From the IMG/VR virus record IMGVR_UViG_3300044638_007100: 64,000 nucleotides of DNA. One strand, 5' to 3'. The stretch comes from a virus. A model generated the notes under the pieces. That model worked only from the letters and a program-made list of their open reading frames with translations. It had not been told where the DNA came from and made no database searches. Positions within the stretch are counted from its first letter, which is position 1. Every line of letters starts with the position of its first letter. A program made the position numbers and the translations under genes. Shown here in pieces: positions 1 through 10,467 of this stretch.

Positions 1-145
1 AGTCGTAGCACCATCAACATCTAGAGTAGCATTAAGAGTTGTATCGCCATCAACATCTAGAGTAGCATTAAGAGTCGTAGCACCATCAACATCTAAAGTA
101 TCATTAAGAGTCGTAGCACCATCAACATCTAAAGTTGCATCAAAT
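1..145 (-). repeat. 36-bp tandem repeats encoding LNATLDVDGATT units
   Basis: About 4 imperfect copies of agtcgtagcaccatcaacatcta(g/a)agtagcattaag at a 36-bp period. Confidence 0.85.
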
Positions 146-534
146 TCAACTCTTTGCGTAGCATGAAGATCTCCAGTAATATCTAATTTATACGCTGGAT
201 TTGTCAATCCAAGACCAGTCAATCCGACAGGTGTAACAACTAAATCTTGTCCAGTAAGACCTACTTGAAATCTATTGAATAGATTTGTAGTTCCAATACC
301 GACATTAGTGAGTCTATAAATTGGAGCAGATGATCCAAATCCAACATATCCCCATAAATCTTGTGTTTGAATATCTGCAATCCAGTTTGGATTACTTGGA
401 TTAACGACAGGAATTAAAGTATCCGTTCCTACGCCAAGACTATTGATTTGTTTAAAATTTAAAGCAGCAAACGCTTGTGCTAAGTCATCTGTTGGAATAA
501 ATACTCCCTGATCTTGAACGTAAAATCTTGTCAT
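1..534 (-). CDS. Tail-fibre-like virion protein, N-terminal part (runs off the left edge)
   Basis: Read by hand: ATG at 534, MTRFYVQDQGVFIPTDD...; NVGIGTT motif and 12-aa (L)NATLDVDGATT repeats; open to position 1; late promoter upstream. Not in the ORF track. Confidence 0.75.
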   Translation of the reverse strand, partial: MTRFYVQDQGVFIPTDDLAQAFAALNFKQINSLGVGTDTLIPVVNPSNPNWIADIQTQDLWGYVGFGSSAPIYRLTNVGIGTTNLFNRFQVGLTGQDLVVTPVGLTGLGLTNPAYKLDITGDLHATQRVEFDATLDVDGATTLNDTLDVDGATTLNATLDVDGDTTLNATLDVDGATT

Positions 535-554
535 TCTACTTCTTTATAATGAAA

Positions 555-562
555 TATTTATA
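555..562 (-). promoter_or_regulatory. T4-type late promoter TATAAATA
   Basis: Exact TATAAATA on the minus strand about 20 nt upstream of ATG 534. Confidence 0.75.
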
Positions 563-1243
563 TTATGATGGGTAAAGAGGGACTCCTTCATCGAGAACAA
601 AAATTCCATCTGTGGATATTCCAGGAACTCCAGGAATAGCCTCCGCGATTAGAGGTATCCATCTAACTCCAGTATCATCTCTAACCAAATAATATCCATT
701 TCTTCCTGGAGCATTCGCAGAATCATAGATTGTCTCATCTATTTTTACGCTTCCCGCAATATCTAATCTCTGTTGTGGTTGAGTGCTTCCAATTCCAACT
801 CTTTCACTAACAATTGTTGTTCCAATAACATCAAGTCTTTCTCTAGGAGTTGTTGTTCCAATTCCAACACGACTAGTTGATGCATCAGCTCTTAATGTTG
901 TTCCACCACAACCAACATCTAGTCTTTTTCTTGCAGTAACAATTCCAGCATTTAAATTTTTATCAATATATACATCACCATAAAAATCAGAATCTTCTAG
1001 AACATTTATTTTTTTAAATGTTATTTTTTTCGATAAAAAATTAGCGTTATTAAACTTTAATTCACCATGAATTCTAACATTTTTATAAAAAACTACAGTT
1101 TCATTAAAATGTGATTCTAATCCATAAAACTTACTATTCTCTGAGGGTTCTTCATAAAAAGATTGATTTTGTTCTTCTATACTACTTTCAATTTCTTCTT
1201 CAATAATCTTTCTTGGTTTTTCGCAATTATTTTGATCTGCCAT
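563..1243 (-). CDS. Tail-fibre-like/structural protein with GIGTT repeats
   Basis: RVGIGTTTP and RVGIGSTQP repeats typical of cyanomyovirus fibre proteins; baseplate context. Confidence 0.6.
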   Translation of the reverse strand: MADQNNCEKPRKIIEEEIESSIEEQNQSFYEEPSENSKFYGLESHFNETVVFYKNVRIHGELKFNNANFLSKKITFKKINVLEDSDFYGDVYIDKNLNAGIVTARKRLDVGCGGTTLRADASTSRVGIGTTTPRERLDVIGTTIVSERVGIGSTQPQQRLDIAGSVKIDETIYDSANAPGRNGYYLVRDDTGVRWIPLIAEAIPGVPGISTDGIFVLDEGVPLYPS

Positions 1244-1244
1244 A

Positions 1245-1820
1245 CTATATTACCGAGTCAATTACAGTATCTATAACCTTACTAACAATTCCACTAACTG
1301 CACCATTAATAAAATCAACTCCAACAAAACTACCCTCAAAAACTCTACTTGTAAAATCTATATTTAATAAGGATGGAATGTTTCCACTAGTTCCTTTTAA
1401 ATCAACTCTTTGACCCTTAACCATGACTCGACCATCACCACCCATCATTGTAATATTTCTTCCTGCTTTAAAATGAATGTCCTCTTCAGCCTCAATCATA
1501 ATGTTCGTTGCATATAAGCGAATCATTCCATTTGCAGAAATAGAAACATTACCATTGTTTCCAATAATAACTATATCTTCTCTTCCTTCCTGATTTTTAG
1601 TGCCACCAGAAATTTGAATTGTGTGGTCGTTATAAATCGAAAACAATCCGCTACTACTTAAACTAATCGAAGACTGATTATCGCCACTATCAGTTACTCC
1701 ATAAATTTTATAAACATCGGTTCCAGATCCCCCCATTTGGGGATTGGCAGTATCAATTCTAAAATTAGGGTTGAAACTGATTAGTTGTCTTTTAAATATA
1801 TTTTTATTTCTTTCTGTCAT
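1245..1820 (-). CDS. gp5 C-terminal-like beta-helix spike protein
   Basis: Repetitive short beta-strand pattern (VSISANGMIRLYATNIMIEAEEDIHFKAGRNIT); directly downstream of the gp5-like gene. Confidence 0.55.
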   Translation of the reverse strand: MTERNKNIFKRQLISFNPNFRIDTANPQMGGSGTDVYKIYGVTDSGDNQSSISLSSSGLFSIYNDHTIQISGGTKNQEGREDIVIIGNNGNVSISANGMIRLYATNIMIEAEEDIHFKAGRNITMMGGDGRVMVKGQRVDLKGTSGNIPSLLNIDFTSRVFEGSFVGVDFINGAVSGIVSKVIDTVIDSVI

Positions 1821-1821
1821 T

Positions 1822-3822
1822 TTATATTGGACAATCTATGGATGTTTGAACTTGTTGTGTGAATAGATTTGTAGAATTTGAATTTGCATCTGGAGAAGCA
1901 GGAACATTTCCAGAACCTTTTAGAGCACCAATTACGGGGCGTAAAATTGCACCAAATCCTTCATCAGATTCAATACTGAGAGTAGGCAAACTATCAACAA
2001 TATTATTTAGAGGTGTGACTTGATAGATTCTTCCATCAATAATTTGATAATTATATTCGTTTCCAAGATTATCAGTTATAACAGTTGTTAAATCATCATA
2101 CCCACTTCCACCATTCTCAACCAACACTTTCAAGACAGAGAATTCTGCAATATCTCCAACTGAATAATTTTCACCCTCAGAAACCATATAGACAGATTCA
2201 ATTTCATTATTCTGATTGATAATCGCCCTTGCTACAGCACCATATCCCTGTTCATTATCATCTACAATTTCAATAAATGGTGGGAAAGCATATCCAGATC
2301 CTGGATTTGTTAATTGCACTCCAATTACACTTGCTGTTATATTTCCATCTGGATTTGTTACAAGATTGCCAAAAATTGGAATTGCTGTTGCACCAGATCC
2401 TCTTCCACCAAAAATATTAATAATTGGTGGACTTGCAAACTCCAAAGCTTTAGTAAAACATTCCTGCACAGAAGTAATATCTACACCAGAACTAATAATA
2501 TTTGTTATGTCACGAACATTAGTATAAGTGTCAACCAGAGAATTTGTTAGTGCCGAAACAGATCCAGAAGGTCCAACACCTACCGTCCATTCATTTACAA
2601 GACCTTTGTAATTATCTAAACTCTGATCACATCCAAATCCTGCTCCCATTTCTGACAGCATCCCAATTCCTTCGCGGAGTATATTACCAAGATTAAAATC
2701 GGAAAAGAATTGAAGAAGATTTGCCACTCCTGCTAAAGGTTTTTCGAATAAAGGTTCCACAACACCAATAATTGTATTGAGAAGTGTACCAGCAAATTGA
2801 TCTGCAACACAACTTACAAAACGATCTACTTCCTCTATTGCCGTATTTAAAATACCAAAAACTAAACCCTTCATCTTTTCAATTACTTTGCCAGCAATGC
2901 ATGAAAATTCCTCTTCAAGTGCTTTTACAGGTATTAGCATTGCCTGTTGTGCAGCAACACCAGCAGCATGTGCTGCAACAGGAGATCCTGTTGCAGCAAG
3001 AACTAGTGCAAAAATTAATTTATAAAGTAACTTTAACCCTTCATTTAAAAGTTTTATTAACTGTTTAATTAGAAAATCAAACATACCACCAATCAAATCA
3101 TTACATAAAGTTACAATTTTATCTGCTGCTTGACGAATTGTTTGTCCTATAGCCGCAATATTTCCCTGAAGAGTTTTTAATTTTCTTAAAAGATTTTTGA
3201 CAATTGATCTTATCTTATCAATTCTTGTATTTTTAACAGTATTTGCTAATGGAACCTGATATCCAATTGCAGAATTTTCAGAAAAAACTTGATACCCAAC
3301 TTTTTGAGATATTGCATCTGCCTGTGCTGTAGTAACACTTGGCGGCGATGGATTTGAATTATCCTTTACTTCATTAGATTCTATTGATGAAGTTAATTTA
3401 CTATTTTTTTTCACCGGATCAGAGAATCCTGTAAATCCTTCAAATGGAGATCTATAATTTAATGATGGGACTGAATCAGTTCTACCGAAGGTTGCTAAAA
3501 TTACAGGAATTTGAGCATTATCACCATCTAAGAAAAATCCGAGAACTACATCACCTTGTTGTAATTGAACACCAGTAACAACATTTGCTGCTCCACTTCC
3601 TGCTGTGGTTGGAATCAAACACTGTGCCCAAGGAAGATCTTCATTTGGCAATTCTTCTTCACTATAAGGATGATATCCAATAATTCTAACCTTAAAGCGA
3701 TTTCCCCAACCACCTCCAGATATTTGTTTTCCCATAGAAGAAAGTGGAGGAATCTGACCGATCCACCAACGAAATCCATCTCTACCGATAAAATGACTCT
3801 GAAGTAATGATTGATCTAACAT
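1822..3822 (-). CDS. gp5: Baseplate hub/spike protein gp5-like (N-terminal OB-fold)
   Basis: GRDGFRWWIGQI...RFKVRIIGYH...DLPWAQ...GDVVLGFFLDG is the T4 gp5 N-terminal OB-fold signature; no lysozyme domain evident. Confidence 0.8.
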   Translation of the reverse strand: MLDQSLLQSHFIGRDGFRWWIGQIPPLSSMGKQISGGGWGNRFKVRIIGYHPYSEEELPNEDLPWAQCLIPTTAGSGAANVVTGVQLQQGDVVLGFFLDGDNAQIPVILATFGRTDSVPSLNYRSPFEGFTGFSDPVKKNSKLTSSIESNEVKDNSNPSPPSVTTAQADAISQKVGYQVFSENSAIGYQVPLANTVKNTRIDKIRSIVKNLLRKLKTLQGNIAAIGQTIRQAADKIVTLCNDLIGGMFDFLIKQLIKLLNEGLKLLYKLIFALVLAATGSPVAAHAAGVAAQQAMLIPVKALEEEFSCIAGKVIEKMKGLVFGILNTAIEEVDRFVSCVADQFAGTLLNTIIGVVEPLFEKPLAGVANLLQFFSDFNLGNILREGIGMLSEMGAGFGCDQSLDNYKGLVNEWTVGVGPSGSVSALTNSLVDTYTNVRDITNIISSGVDITSVQECFTKALEFASPPIINIFGGRGSGATAIPIFGNLVTNPDGNITASVIGVQLTNPGSGYAFPPFIEIVDDNEQGYGAVARAIINQNNEIESVYMVSEGENYSVGDIAEFSVLKVLVENGGSGYDDLTTVITDNLGNEYNYQIIDGRIYQVTPLNNIVDSLPTLSIESDEGFGAILRPVIGALKGSGNVPASPDANSNSTNLFTQQVQTSIDCPI

Positions 3823-5166
3823 TTATGTTTTTCTTGCCTCTACATTGACGCCAAAAGTATCACGGATGAGTTTCATAGAAGTATATGAATTTTCAACATC
3901 AAAGTGATGACATACTTCTTTAATCATATATAGTCCACTTTGTTCCTTATCAAATTCTTTGGCATTTGAATTTGTAATTTTTGGAAAATTACACTCAATA
4001 ATATCTCCCGCCTTTAAATTAGTATTTGATGGAACCACAATATTCACAGACTGGGTAAACATAGTATTATATCTCATAAGAGATTGAGCTTGGTGCAAAG
4101 AAGGATCCGAATTTGCACTAGTAGATGCATCCTTTTCCATTGTTCCAATATCAAGAACAGCAGTTATAATTCTTGTGGGAACATCACCTAATGTTTTATC
4201 AGATCCTGGAGATAATGGTGGGAGTTTAAGACGATCACCAAGATTTTTTGCCTTATCTACATAATCACTTTGCTTAAATATTCCTTCTTCAGGTTTTGAA
4301 AAAGAAAAATTTAGTGGATTGAAAAACATTCTATGACTTGCATAAGTTCCTAAACGAAGTTTTTCAATTAAGTTTTGATTTTTATCAGTGTAATAATTTA
4401 GAATCTTAAAATCATTATTAACTTTTTTCTCATCTCCATCATAAGATTCTTGCGCTTCAGTATAAGTATAAATTGCTTTGGGTTTTTGTAATAATAAATC
4501 ATCAAGAGATCTAAACTGAAATCCATCTTGCGTTTGATAGAATAAAAATCCAGCAGTAGCATTTCCCGAACTTTCTGGAACTGCTTTTGATGCTAACCAA
4601 ACTAATACTGTGAATGGTTTTCTTAAGTTACCAATAAAACCATACTTATTTGAAGATTTATCTATGGTTCCAATTTTAGTTGTCTTTAAATAATCTTTTA
4701 AGATATTTTGAACTGAATCACTTATTCTAAGAGATGTTGGAAATTTTTTAGATACTCTTGATGTTTCATTGGTAATTGCTTCTCTTGATGTTAAATGTAA
4801 TGTAAAAGTTTCTCTATTAGTTTCGGAAATAACATCAGTAATACTAGAAACATAAAAATAATCTTCTGATCTTTTTGAAAAGTCAAGACCAGGATTTGTT
4901 GAAGAATTTCCTGCAATTTTTAAAGAAAGTCGTTCACCACCTCTCAACGGCAATCCATTGTAAATTGATTGACGATCTCCATCTGGATTATCTGCTGGAG
5001 CAATTACATTACCATTATCAATTATTTTAATTTTTGCAGTAATTGTTGGGGAAAAAATATCTTCATAATATTCAAAAAGAATTGCACCTCCTATCAGATC
5101 AATCGTTCTAGATCCATCATTTGATTCTAAAATAAGTTCATTGTATAAAGACTTTTTAATTGACAT
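3823..5166 (-). CDS. Baseplate hub protein, gp27-like
   Basis: YEDIFSPTITA and FLFYQTQDGFQFRSLD motifs plus C-terminal V.VP.NT.L.AGD.I...SG.YMI..V.H resemble hub proteins; position upstream of gp5. Confidence 0.55.
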   Translation of the reverse strand: MSIKKSLYNELILESNDGSRTIDLIGGAILFEYYEDIFSPTITAKIKIIDNGNVIAPADNPDGDRQSIYNGLPLRGGERLSLKIAGNSSTNPGLDFSKRSEDYFYVSSITDVISETNRETFTLHLTSREAITNETSRVSKKFPTSLRISDSVQNILKDYLKTTKIGTIDKSSNKYGFIGNLRKPFTVLVWLASKAVPESSGNATAGFLFYQTQDGFQFRSLDDLLLQKPKAIYTYTEAQESYDGDEKKVNNDFKILNYYTDKNQNLIEKLRLGTYASHRMFFNPLNFSFSKPEEGIFKQSDYVDKAKNLGDRLKLPPLSPGSDKTLGDVPTRIITAVLDIGTMEKDASTSANSDPSLHQAQSLMRYNTMFTQSVNIVVPSNTNLKAGDIIECNFPKITNSNAKEFDKEQSGLYMIKEVCHHFDVENSYTSMKLIRDTFGVNVEARKT

Positions 5167-7040
5167 TATAGGTACGCAAGATCGAGTAGAAGTTTATTCT
5201 TGATAAAATTATTTAACAATTTAGATTCACTGATTGTTGGTGTTTGTGATTGTTGTGGAGAAGAATAAGATACTTGAGGCATTTGTGGTTGAATATCTTC
5301 AATGATTAAAAGTTGAGGCCCTTTTCTTTCGGGAGTCATTGCATCAGGTTGTGTTACTCTTGAAGGTGGTGTTGTAATTTGTGCAGGTGTTTCTTTACTT
5401 GCTTGAGTATTAAATGGTGCAAATTTGCTATATTTTGTAAGTGCATCAAATCTTCCGGATAATTGATACTTATCCCATCCAGTTCCTGCTTCCCAATGAA
5501 GATGAGGTCCTGTTGCCCTTCCAGTCATACCAACTTTTCCTATTACCTCACCTTTCTTGACTGGACCTCCACGCTTATATCCAGATTGCATGTGCCCATA
5601 TAAATGATAAATTCCAAGATTATCTTTCATTACTAAAAAGTTTCCCCATCCTTTTTCATAATCTGAATCGACAATTTGACCATCGGAAATTGCTCTTAAT
5701 GGGGTTCCCGAAGGAACTAGCAAATCAACCCCACCATGATTTCTTCCAGCACCAAGACGATCACCAACTTTTGGATTTATATTTCCCACAGGAACTTGTC
5801 GTATTTGTGGTTGTATTGAAGGAGTAGAAACTGTTTGTTGAGAAAATGTAGTAGGTGTTTTTCTTGCCTGTTGAATTATAGATTGTTCTCTTCCAGTAAA
5901 TCTTGCCTTACTGGCAGCATCCCATCCCCAAGGTTGTATTCCTCTTGTTTTAATTAAATATAATCCAGCTTTATCTTGTGTTTGTTGATCAAACCTATCA
6001 GAGACTTTAATTATTTTATTATCAACAATACCCTTTAAGGTGTCTGGAATAATTTGATATCTTCCAGCAGCAAATATACCAACTTTATTTGGACCAGAAT
6101 ACTGATTATTTTTTCTTTGCCTTTCCATAACTTCACCTACTGTCATATCAGTTAATTTTTTACTAAGTAATAGGGGTGATGTTGAACTTCCAGATCCATA
6201 AATTCCACTCATTCCATTACCACCTTGATTCATGGCATTATATCCATCACCAGTTCTATCACTACTAACAGATTCATATTTTGCAATAATATCAAGTGCT
6301 TCTTTATGAATACCAGTTACTGTTCTCATTTCTCCTTGAGATGTAGGAGGAAACATCGTATCAGGTCTATCTTCATCAAGTGCTGGTGCTTCTTCACCAG
6401 TTTCTAAAGACTTATTCAGTGGTGTTGTAAACAATTTGAATGTTTCTGTAAGGTCATCACCTAATCCTTGAACTGCAAGATTTAATTCATTAAAAGATTT
6501 TGCCACACTTCCGTCACTAAACTCATTCAGATCAAGATTAATAATCGCACTAAAAGAATTTTTCAAAACAGATCCAAAAGATTGTAGTATCAATTCCATA
6601 TTACCAACCATATTATACATTGATTTTCCAAACATTTGAATTCTGGAAATAAATTCCTTTCCCATAAAAATCCATGTGGGTAAATTCTCTGCGATCCAAC
6701 CAGCAAATGTAAATCCCAGAAATCCTAATAATCTACCAAAAGGCCCCTTATCACTTCTTCCAGCAAAAGCAAGTCCTAATGATGGTTTAGTTGATACTTT
6801 TGCAGACTCAATTTGATCTTCGAGTTCTTGCCTTTTAGATGCCTCTCTTCTTCGAGAACTAATAATTTCAGAATTTGCAAATAATTCCTTTTTAATTCTT
6901 GTATTTGATGAAATAATTTTAGAAATATTGGATACAGAATCATTAACTGTAGAAACACTTCTTTTCGTCTCAGATAAAGACTTAGAAATATTGTTAATGT
7001 TAATAGTAGATTTTTTAAGAGAATCTGTTACTATTGTCAT
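5166..7040 (-). CDS. Baseplate/tail-associated protein with a lysozyme-like domain and an M23 peptidase domain
   Basis: IIAKYES...AAGRYQIIPDTL (lysozyme-like fold); HGGVDL and HLH zinc motifs (M23). Confidence 0.75.
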   Translation of the reverse strand: MTIVTDSLKKSTININNISKSLSETKRSVSTVNDSVSNISKIISSNTRIKKELFANSEIISSRRREASKRQELEDQIESAKVSTKPSLGLAFAGRSDKGPFGRLLGFLGFTFAGWIAENLPTWIFMGKEFISRIQMFGKSMYNMVGNMELILQSFGSVLKNSFSAIINLDLNEFSDGSVAKSFNELNLAVQGLGDDLTETFKLFTTPLNKSLETGEEAPALDEDRPDTMFPPTSQGEMRTVTGIHKEALDIIAKYESVSSDRTGDGYNAMNQGGNGMSGIYGSGSSTSPLLLSKKLTDMTVGEVMERQRKNNQYSGPNKVGIFAAGRYQIIPDTLKGIVDNKIIKVSDRFDQQTQDKAGLYLIKTRGIQPWGWDAASKARFTGREQSIIQQARKTPTTFSQQTVSTPSIQPQIRQVPVGNINPKVGDRLGAGRNHGGVDLLVPSGTPLRAISDGQIVDSDYEKGWGNFLVMKDNLGIYHLYGHMQSGYKRGGPVKKGEVIGKVGMTGRATGPHLHWEAGTGWDKYQLSGRFDALTKYSKFAPFNTQASKETPAQITTPPSRVTQPDAMTPERKGPQLLIIEDIQPQMPQVSYSSPQQSQTPTISESKLLNNFIKNKLLLDLAYL

Positions 7041-7041
7041 A

Positions 7042-8694
7042 TTACATCACCACATTATAACTTAACTGAGAATATAAAACATAAAAATTATCGGGGTTTG
7101 CAGAGTTGATTAAAGGAACATCAGATAATGCTCCATTTGTTAATGGAGCAATTGGTGGTTGATTTGAATTATTTGATGTTTTGATCATTGTCAACGATGG
7201 TTTTGGTTCTGGCAATTGTCCAACTTGTTGAGGCATTTTAAGTGGTATTGATACTTGTGCTGGTGATGGAGTTGTTTCTGAAGTTTGAGTGTTTGGTTGT
7301 GGAGAAACCACCGCAGGAGATGGATCTTTCAGTTTCATTTCATTCCAATCATATCCTTTCGTTTTTGCCCAATCTTTTGCTTGTTGCTTTTCTTCCTGAC
7401 TCATCTGATTCCATGCACTTTCAATTCTACCTCTTGCGAAAGAATTATTTCTATATTGCCATGCTTGCTCAAATTTTGAAACCATATCAGCACTCGGTTG
7501 TGCTGTTGCTGGAGCAGGAGCAGGAGCAGCAGAAGATTCTGGGCTCCCCATCATTGGTGTTTGTGGTGTTGCTACTGGTGTTGGTGTTATTGGTGCCGAT
7601 GGTGCCGTTTTTGGTGAAGCATCGGGTGATTTTTTTGAAGATGTTGGTAGTTTATTATTTTGATTACCACTTATAAAAATTTTTGCAATCTCATCAACCT
7701 TTTGATTTAATGCAGAATCAGTAAAAATGTTTTTACCAAATGCTTCAGCAATTTCATCAGCAGTAAAGGCAATACCAGCTACTGTTCCAATTGCTCCAAG
7801 TGGACCAGGTGCTTTAGCAGCAAAAGATAGGGCAGATAAAGTAGCATCAACAAATTCTTTATTGTTAAGATTCATTAATCCACTTAAAAAGGTAACAAAT
7901 TTACCAACTCCCCCAAGCATCCCACCTGCTTTTGGGTTTCCTCCTGGTGAAGGAATTCTAGGTAATAATGCTGCAGCAATTGCTAGTGGTTTTGCAATTA
8001 GTAATCTTGTTAATCCAGAAGCAATTTTACCAATCGTATTCTTAACTAAAGAAAATCCAGTTCTAATCGCCAATAATCCACCACCAACTATTGCCAAATT
8101 CTTCAGAATATTAAACTTAATATCATTAAATAATTTTGTGTTATTTTCTTCAGATGCCCTCATGGCATCTACAACTTGCTTAGTTAACCAACCACCAAAT
8201 AAAATTGCAAGAGCATTTTTAATATTTACAAAAACATCATTTACTTTTGGAACTAATCTTTGAACTGGGGCAGCAATTGCATTTTGTATATTCTGTTCAA
8301 TCTCACTTTCTTTACCAATTCTAATTTTCCTTTCAGTTAATCTTCTTTCTCTTTCTTGTTCTTCTTTCGTTTTTGATATTTCTTGAGTATTATCTTGTTG
8401 AAGAAGTAGTGCAATACTTGCAAGACCAGTTCCTAATTTACCAATATCAGTTCTTAATGCCTGAATATTAGAACTAAATCCCAAAAGTGCTTGCTCTTGA
8501 GATTGAATAACTCTGGTATTTTGTGTGTCAACTTCTTTTTTTCTATTTTCAGATTCTAGTAATTCATTTCTGAAAACAGATCTATCAATTGTAGATTTTT
8601 TTAAAAGAGTATTCCTAACTTCCTGAGACAAAGGAGAACCAGTAACTGGATCAAATCCTGTAGTACTAACTTTTTCCGGATCTAACTCAGCCAT
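7042..8694 (-). CDS. Baseplate hub/tape-measure-like protein (gp29-like)
   Basis: Coiled-coil N-terminus, hydrophobic Gly-rich segments, Pro-rich linker, C-terminal NPDNFY motif; lies between gp51 and the lysin-bearing hub gene. Confidence 0.45.
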   Translation of the reverse strand: MAELDPEKVSTTGFDPVTGSPLSQEVRNTLLKKSTIDRSVFRNELLESENRKKEVDTQNTRVIQSQEQALLGFSSNIQALRTDIGKLGTGLASIALLLQQDNTQEISKTKEEQERERRLTERKIRIGKESEIEQNIQNAIAAPVQRLVPKVNDVFVNIKNALAILFGGWLTKQVVDAMRASEENNTKLFNDIKFNILKNLAIVGGGLLAIRTGFSLVKNTIGKIASGLTRLLIAKPLAIAAALLPRIPSPGGNPKAGGMLGGVGKFVTFLSGLMNLNNKEFVDATLSALSFAAKAPGPLGAIGTVAGIAFTADEIAEAFGKNIFTDSALNQKVDEIAKIFISGNQNNKLPTSSKKSPDASPKTAPSAPITPTPVATPQTPMMGSPESSAAPAPAPATAQPSADMVSKFEQAWQYRNNSFARGRIESAWNQMSQEEKQQAKDWAKTKGYDWNEMKLKDPSPAVVSPQPNTQTSETTPSPAQVSIPLKMPQQVGQLPEPKPSLTMIKTSNNSNQPPIAPLTNGALSDVPLINSANPDNFYVLYSQLSYNVVM

Positions 8695-8860
8695 TTGTAC
8701 TGTTTTTTAGGTTTTCTTCTTCAATATATTGTTTAATAAGGGCAATATAAATCTCTCTCTCCCAAGGCATCATGTTTTCAAGTTCAGTCAATGAATATTT
8801 ATGATGCTGCAAGAGGGAAAAATTAGTTCTATAGTATGACTCAAGATTTTCATGAGCCAT
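8687..8860 (-). CDS. gp51: Baseplate hub assembly catalyst gp51 (57 aa)
   Basis: Read by hand: MAHENLESYYRTNFSLLQHHKYSLTELENMMPWERDLYIALIKQYIEEENLK...; below the ORF-track cutoff; follows gp26. Confidence 0.85.
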   Translation of the reverse strand: MAHENLESYYRTNFSLLQHHKYSLTELENMMPWEREIYIALIKQYIEEENLKNSTNG

Positions 8861-8862
8861 TC

Positions 8863-9582
8863 CTAGGCGAAAAAACTTGTTAATCCTTCCAGAATCACTT
8901 CACTTTCAACTTGTGTATTTGGATTTTTAATTTTAAGTATATGAGAAAGTTTAGGCATAGTTGAAAAAAATCTTTCAATTTCTTTAAACTGATTAGATGT
9001 TAATTGTTCAATAAATTCCGAAAGTTCTTTTTTTGTACAATCAGATGCAGACCAAGATTCTTCTTCACTATAAACTTGCTCAATACAAGATAGGACTAGA
9101 TCAAAGGTATCATCAACACTCATATTGAAATTGTTTCCAAAGTTTGTCTTAATAAATTCTTTCATTGATGGATATTTCATTCTAAGAGTTAGATTATCAT
9201 CTAGTTTAATATCTTTAGAATGATTTTCATCAATCGTTACTTTAATCTCATCAAGATTAATGCTAACTGGAACTTGAGTTTTTTCATCATCAGGACAAGT
9301 GATCAAAACATCTACACTTTCTCCAACAGATTTTCCTCGAATATTTAAAAACAAATATTCAATATCAAAAGTTGCAAGTTGATCAACTTTAATTCCTTTT
9401 GTCAAAATACAATTACTAATTACAGTTTTAACCGCATCAGCAATTTGCTTCGAATCTTCACTTTCCATTGCAATAATTAAAATCTTTTCTTCCTTTACCA
9501 GAAAGGGACGAAATTTAATTTCTTTTTTAATAGATGGAATTTCTAAAGTATACGAAGGAGTTGCAATTGTAGGTAATGGCAT
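8863..9582 (-). CDS. gp26: Baseplate hub subunit gp26
   Basis: MPLPTIATP.Y.L..PS....IKFRPFLVKEEKIL...FDIEYLFLNIRGKSVGE signature. Confidence 0.9.
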   Translation of the reverse strand: MPLPTIATPSYTLEIPSIKKEIKFRPFLVKEEKILIIAMESEDSKQIADAVKTVISNCILTKGIKVDQLATFDIEYLFLNIRGKSVGESVDVLITCPDDEKTQVPVSINLDEIKVTIDENHSKDIKLDDNLTLRMKYPSMKEFIKTNFGNNFNMSVDDTFDLVLSCIEQVYSEEESWSASDCTKKELSEFIEQLTSNQFKEIERFFSTMPKLSHILKIKNPNTQVESEVILEGLTSFFA

Positions 9583-9610
9583 AATAACCCATAAAATCAG
9601 ATAAAATTAT

Positions 9611-10426
9611 TTATCTGTACTTTTGAAGTCCTTTACCATAGAGAGATTCGTATAATGTTTCTCCAGCAGGATATAATTCAACTCCATTTGAAGGTATTGA
9701 TCCTGGAGATCTTGGAACCAATCTTGGAGTAGGTTGCCTTGGTGCTTCCTGTTTTGGTTGCTTCGGATCATTATTATTATTTTCTCCTCTAAAAATATTT
9801 AAACTATAAGATTTTCCAATTACATAACGATCAATCTTAAATGTTGCTTGCATTTTCATTATATCAGACTGAGAGTATGAGACTGGAATTGATGCAATCG
9901 AATAAGGATATAGTCCTATAAAGGTATATTCAATTTCTTTATTATAATCACGATCAAATTTTATAATACTAGTTCTATTTGACTTGTAGTATTCTGGATA
10001 TTGCATTCTTATAAAATATCCACTATCCACATTATCACTAATTGGAGGATTTGTTCCATCTATTGGATATGTAGAACCACTCGCCACAAATTCCATCCAA
10101 TGCTCCAAAAATTTCAAAGTATTATAATTTTTATCAACATAAAATTCAAGACTTATATCTTGATATTGTCTACGATGAGCAAATGTTTCGGTAATTCCTA
10201 TATAATTTCCAGCAACATCTACTGTAGCAATTTGAGTTGTTGGAAGAACAGCATTATTACATAATAAACCAGCATCTTCTGCAATAAATCTAGATGTAAC
10301 TCCTCTCTGAAGAAGATATCCAGTTAGTTGACTAGGAAGACCTCCAAATTTAACTTGATAATGAGAAGTTTGAGCAAGATTAGTAAATAAAGGTCTTATA
10401 TCTGATATTTTACGGGGCGTTGCCAC
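9611..10426 (-). CDS. Tail-tube-like protein (gp19/gp54 family)
   Basis: LAQTSHYQV, FAHRRQY.DI.L.FYVD and YTF..LYP.SI...PVSY motifs; GTG start; divergent from gp4. Confidence 0.7.
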   Translation of the reverse strand: MATPRKISDIRPLFTNLAQTSHYQVKFGGLPSQLTGYLLQRGVTSRFIAEDAGLLCNNAVLPTTQIATVDVAGNYIGITETFAHRRQYQDISLEFYVDKNYNTLKFLEHWMEFVASGSTYPIDGTNPPISDNVDSGYFIRMQYPEYYKSNRTSIIKFDRDYNKEIEYTFIGLYPYSIASIPVSYSQSDIMKMQATFKIDRYVIGKSYSLNIFRGENNNNDPKQPKQEAPRQPTPRLVPRSPGSIPSNGVELYPAGETLYESLYGKGLQKYR

Positions 10427-10467
10427 TCTAAATACCTATTGTGAGTTTCTTATTGTAAGTATTTAGA
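10427..10467. promoter_or_regulatory. Pair of face-to-face late-promoter-like boxes (CTAAATAC on each strand)
   Basis: Perfect 9-bp inverted repeat tctaaatac (10427-10435) / gtatttaga (10459-10467) in the 40-bp gap between divergent late genes. Confidence 0.55.
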
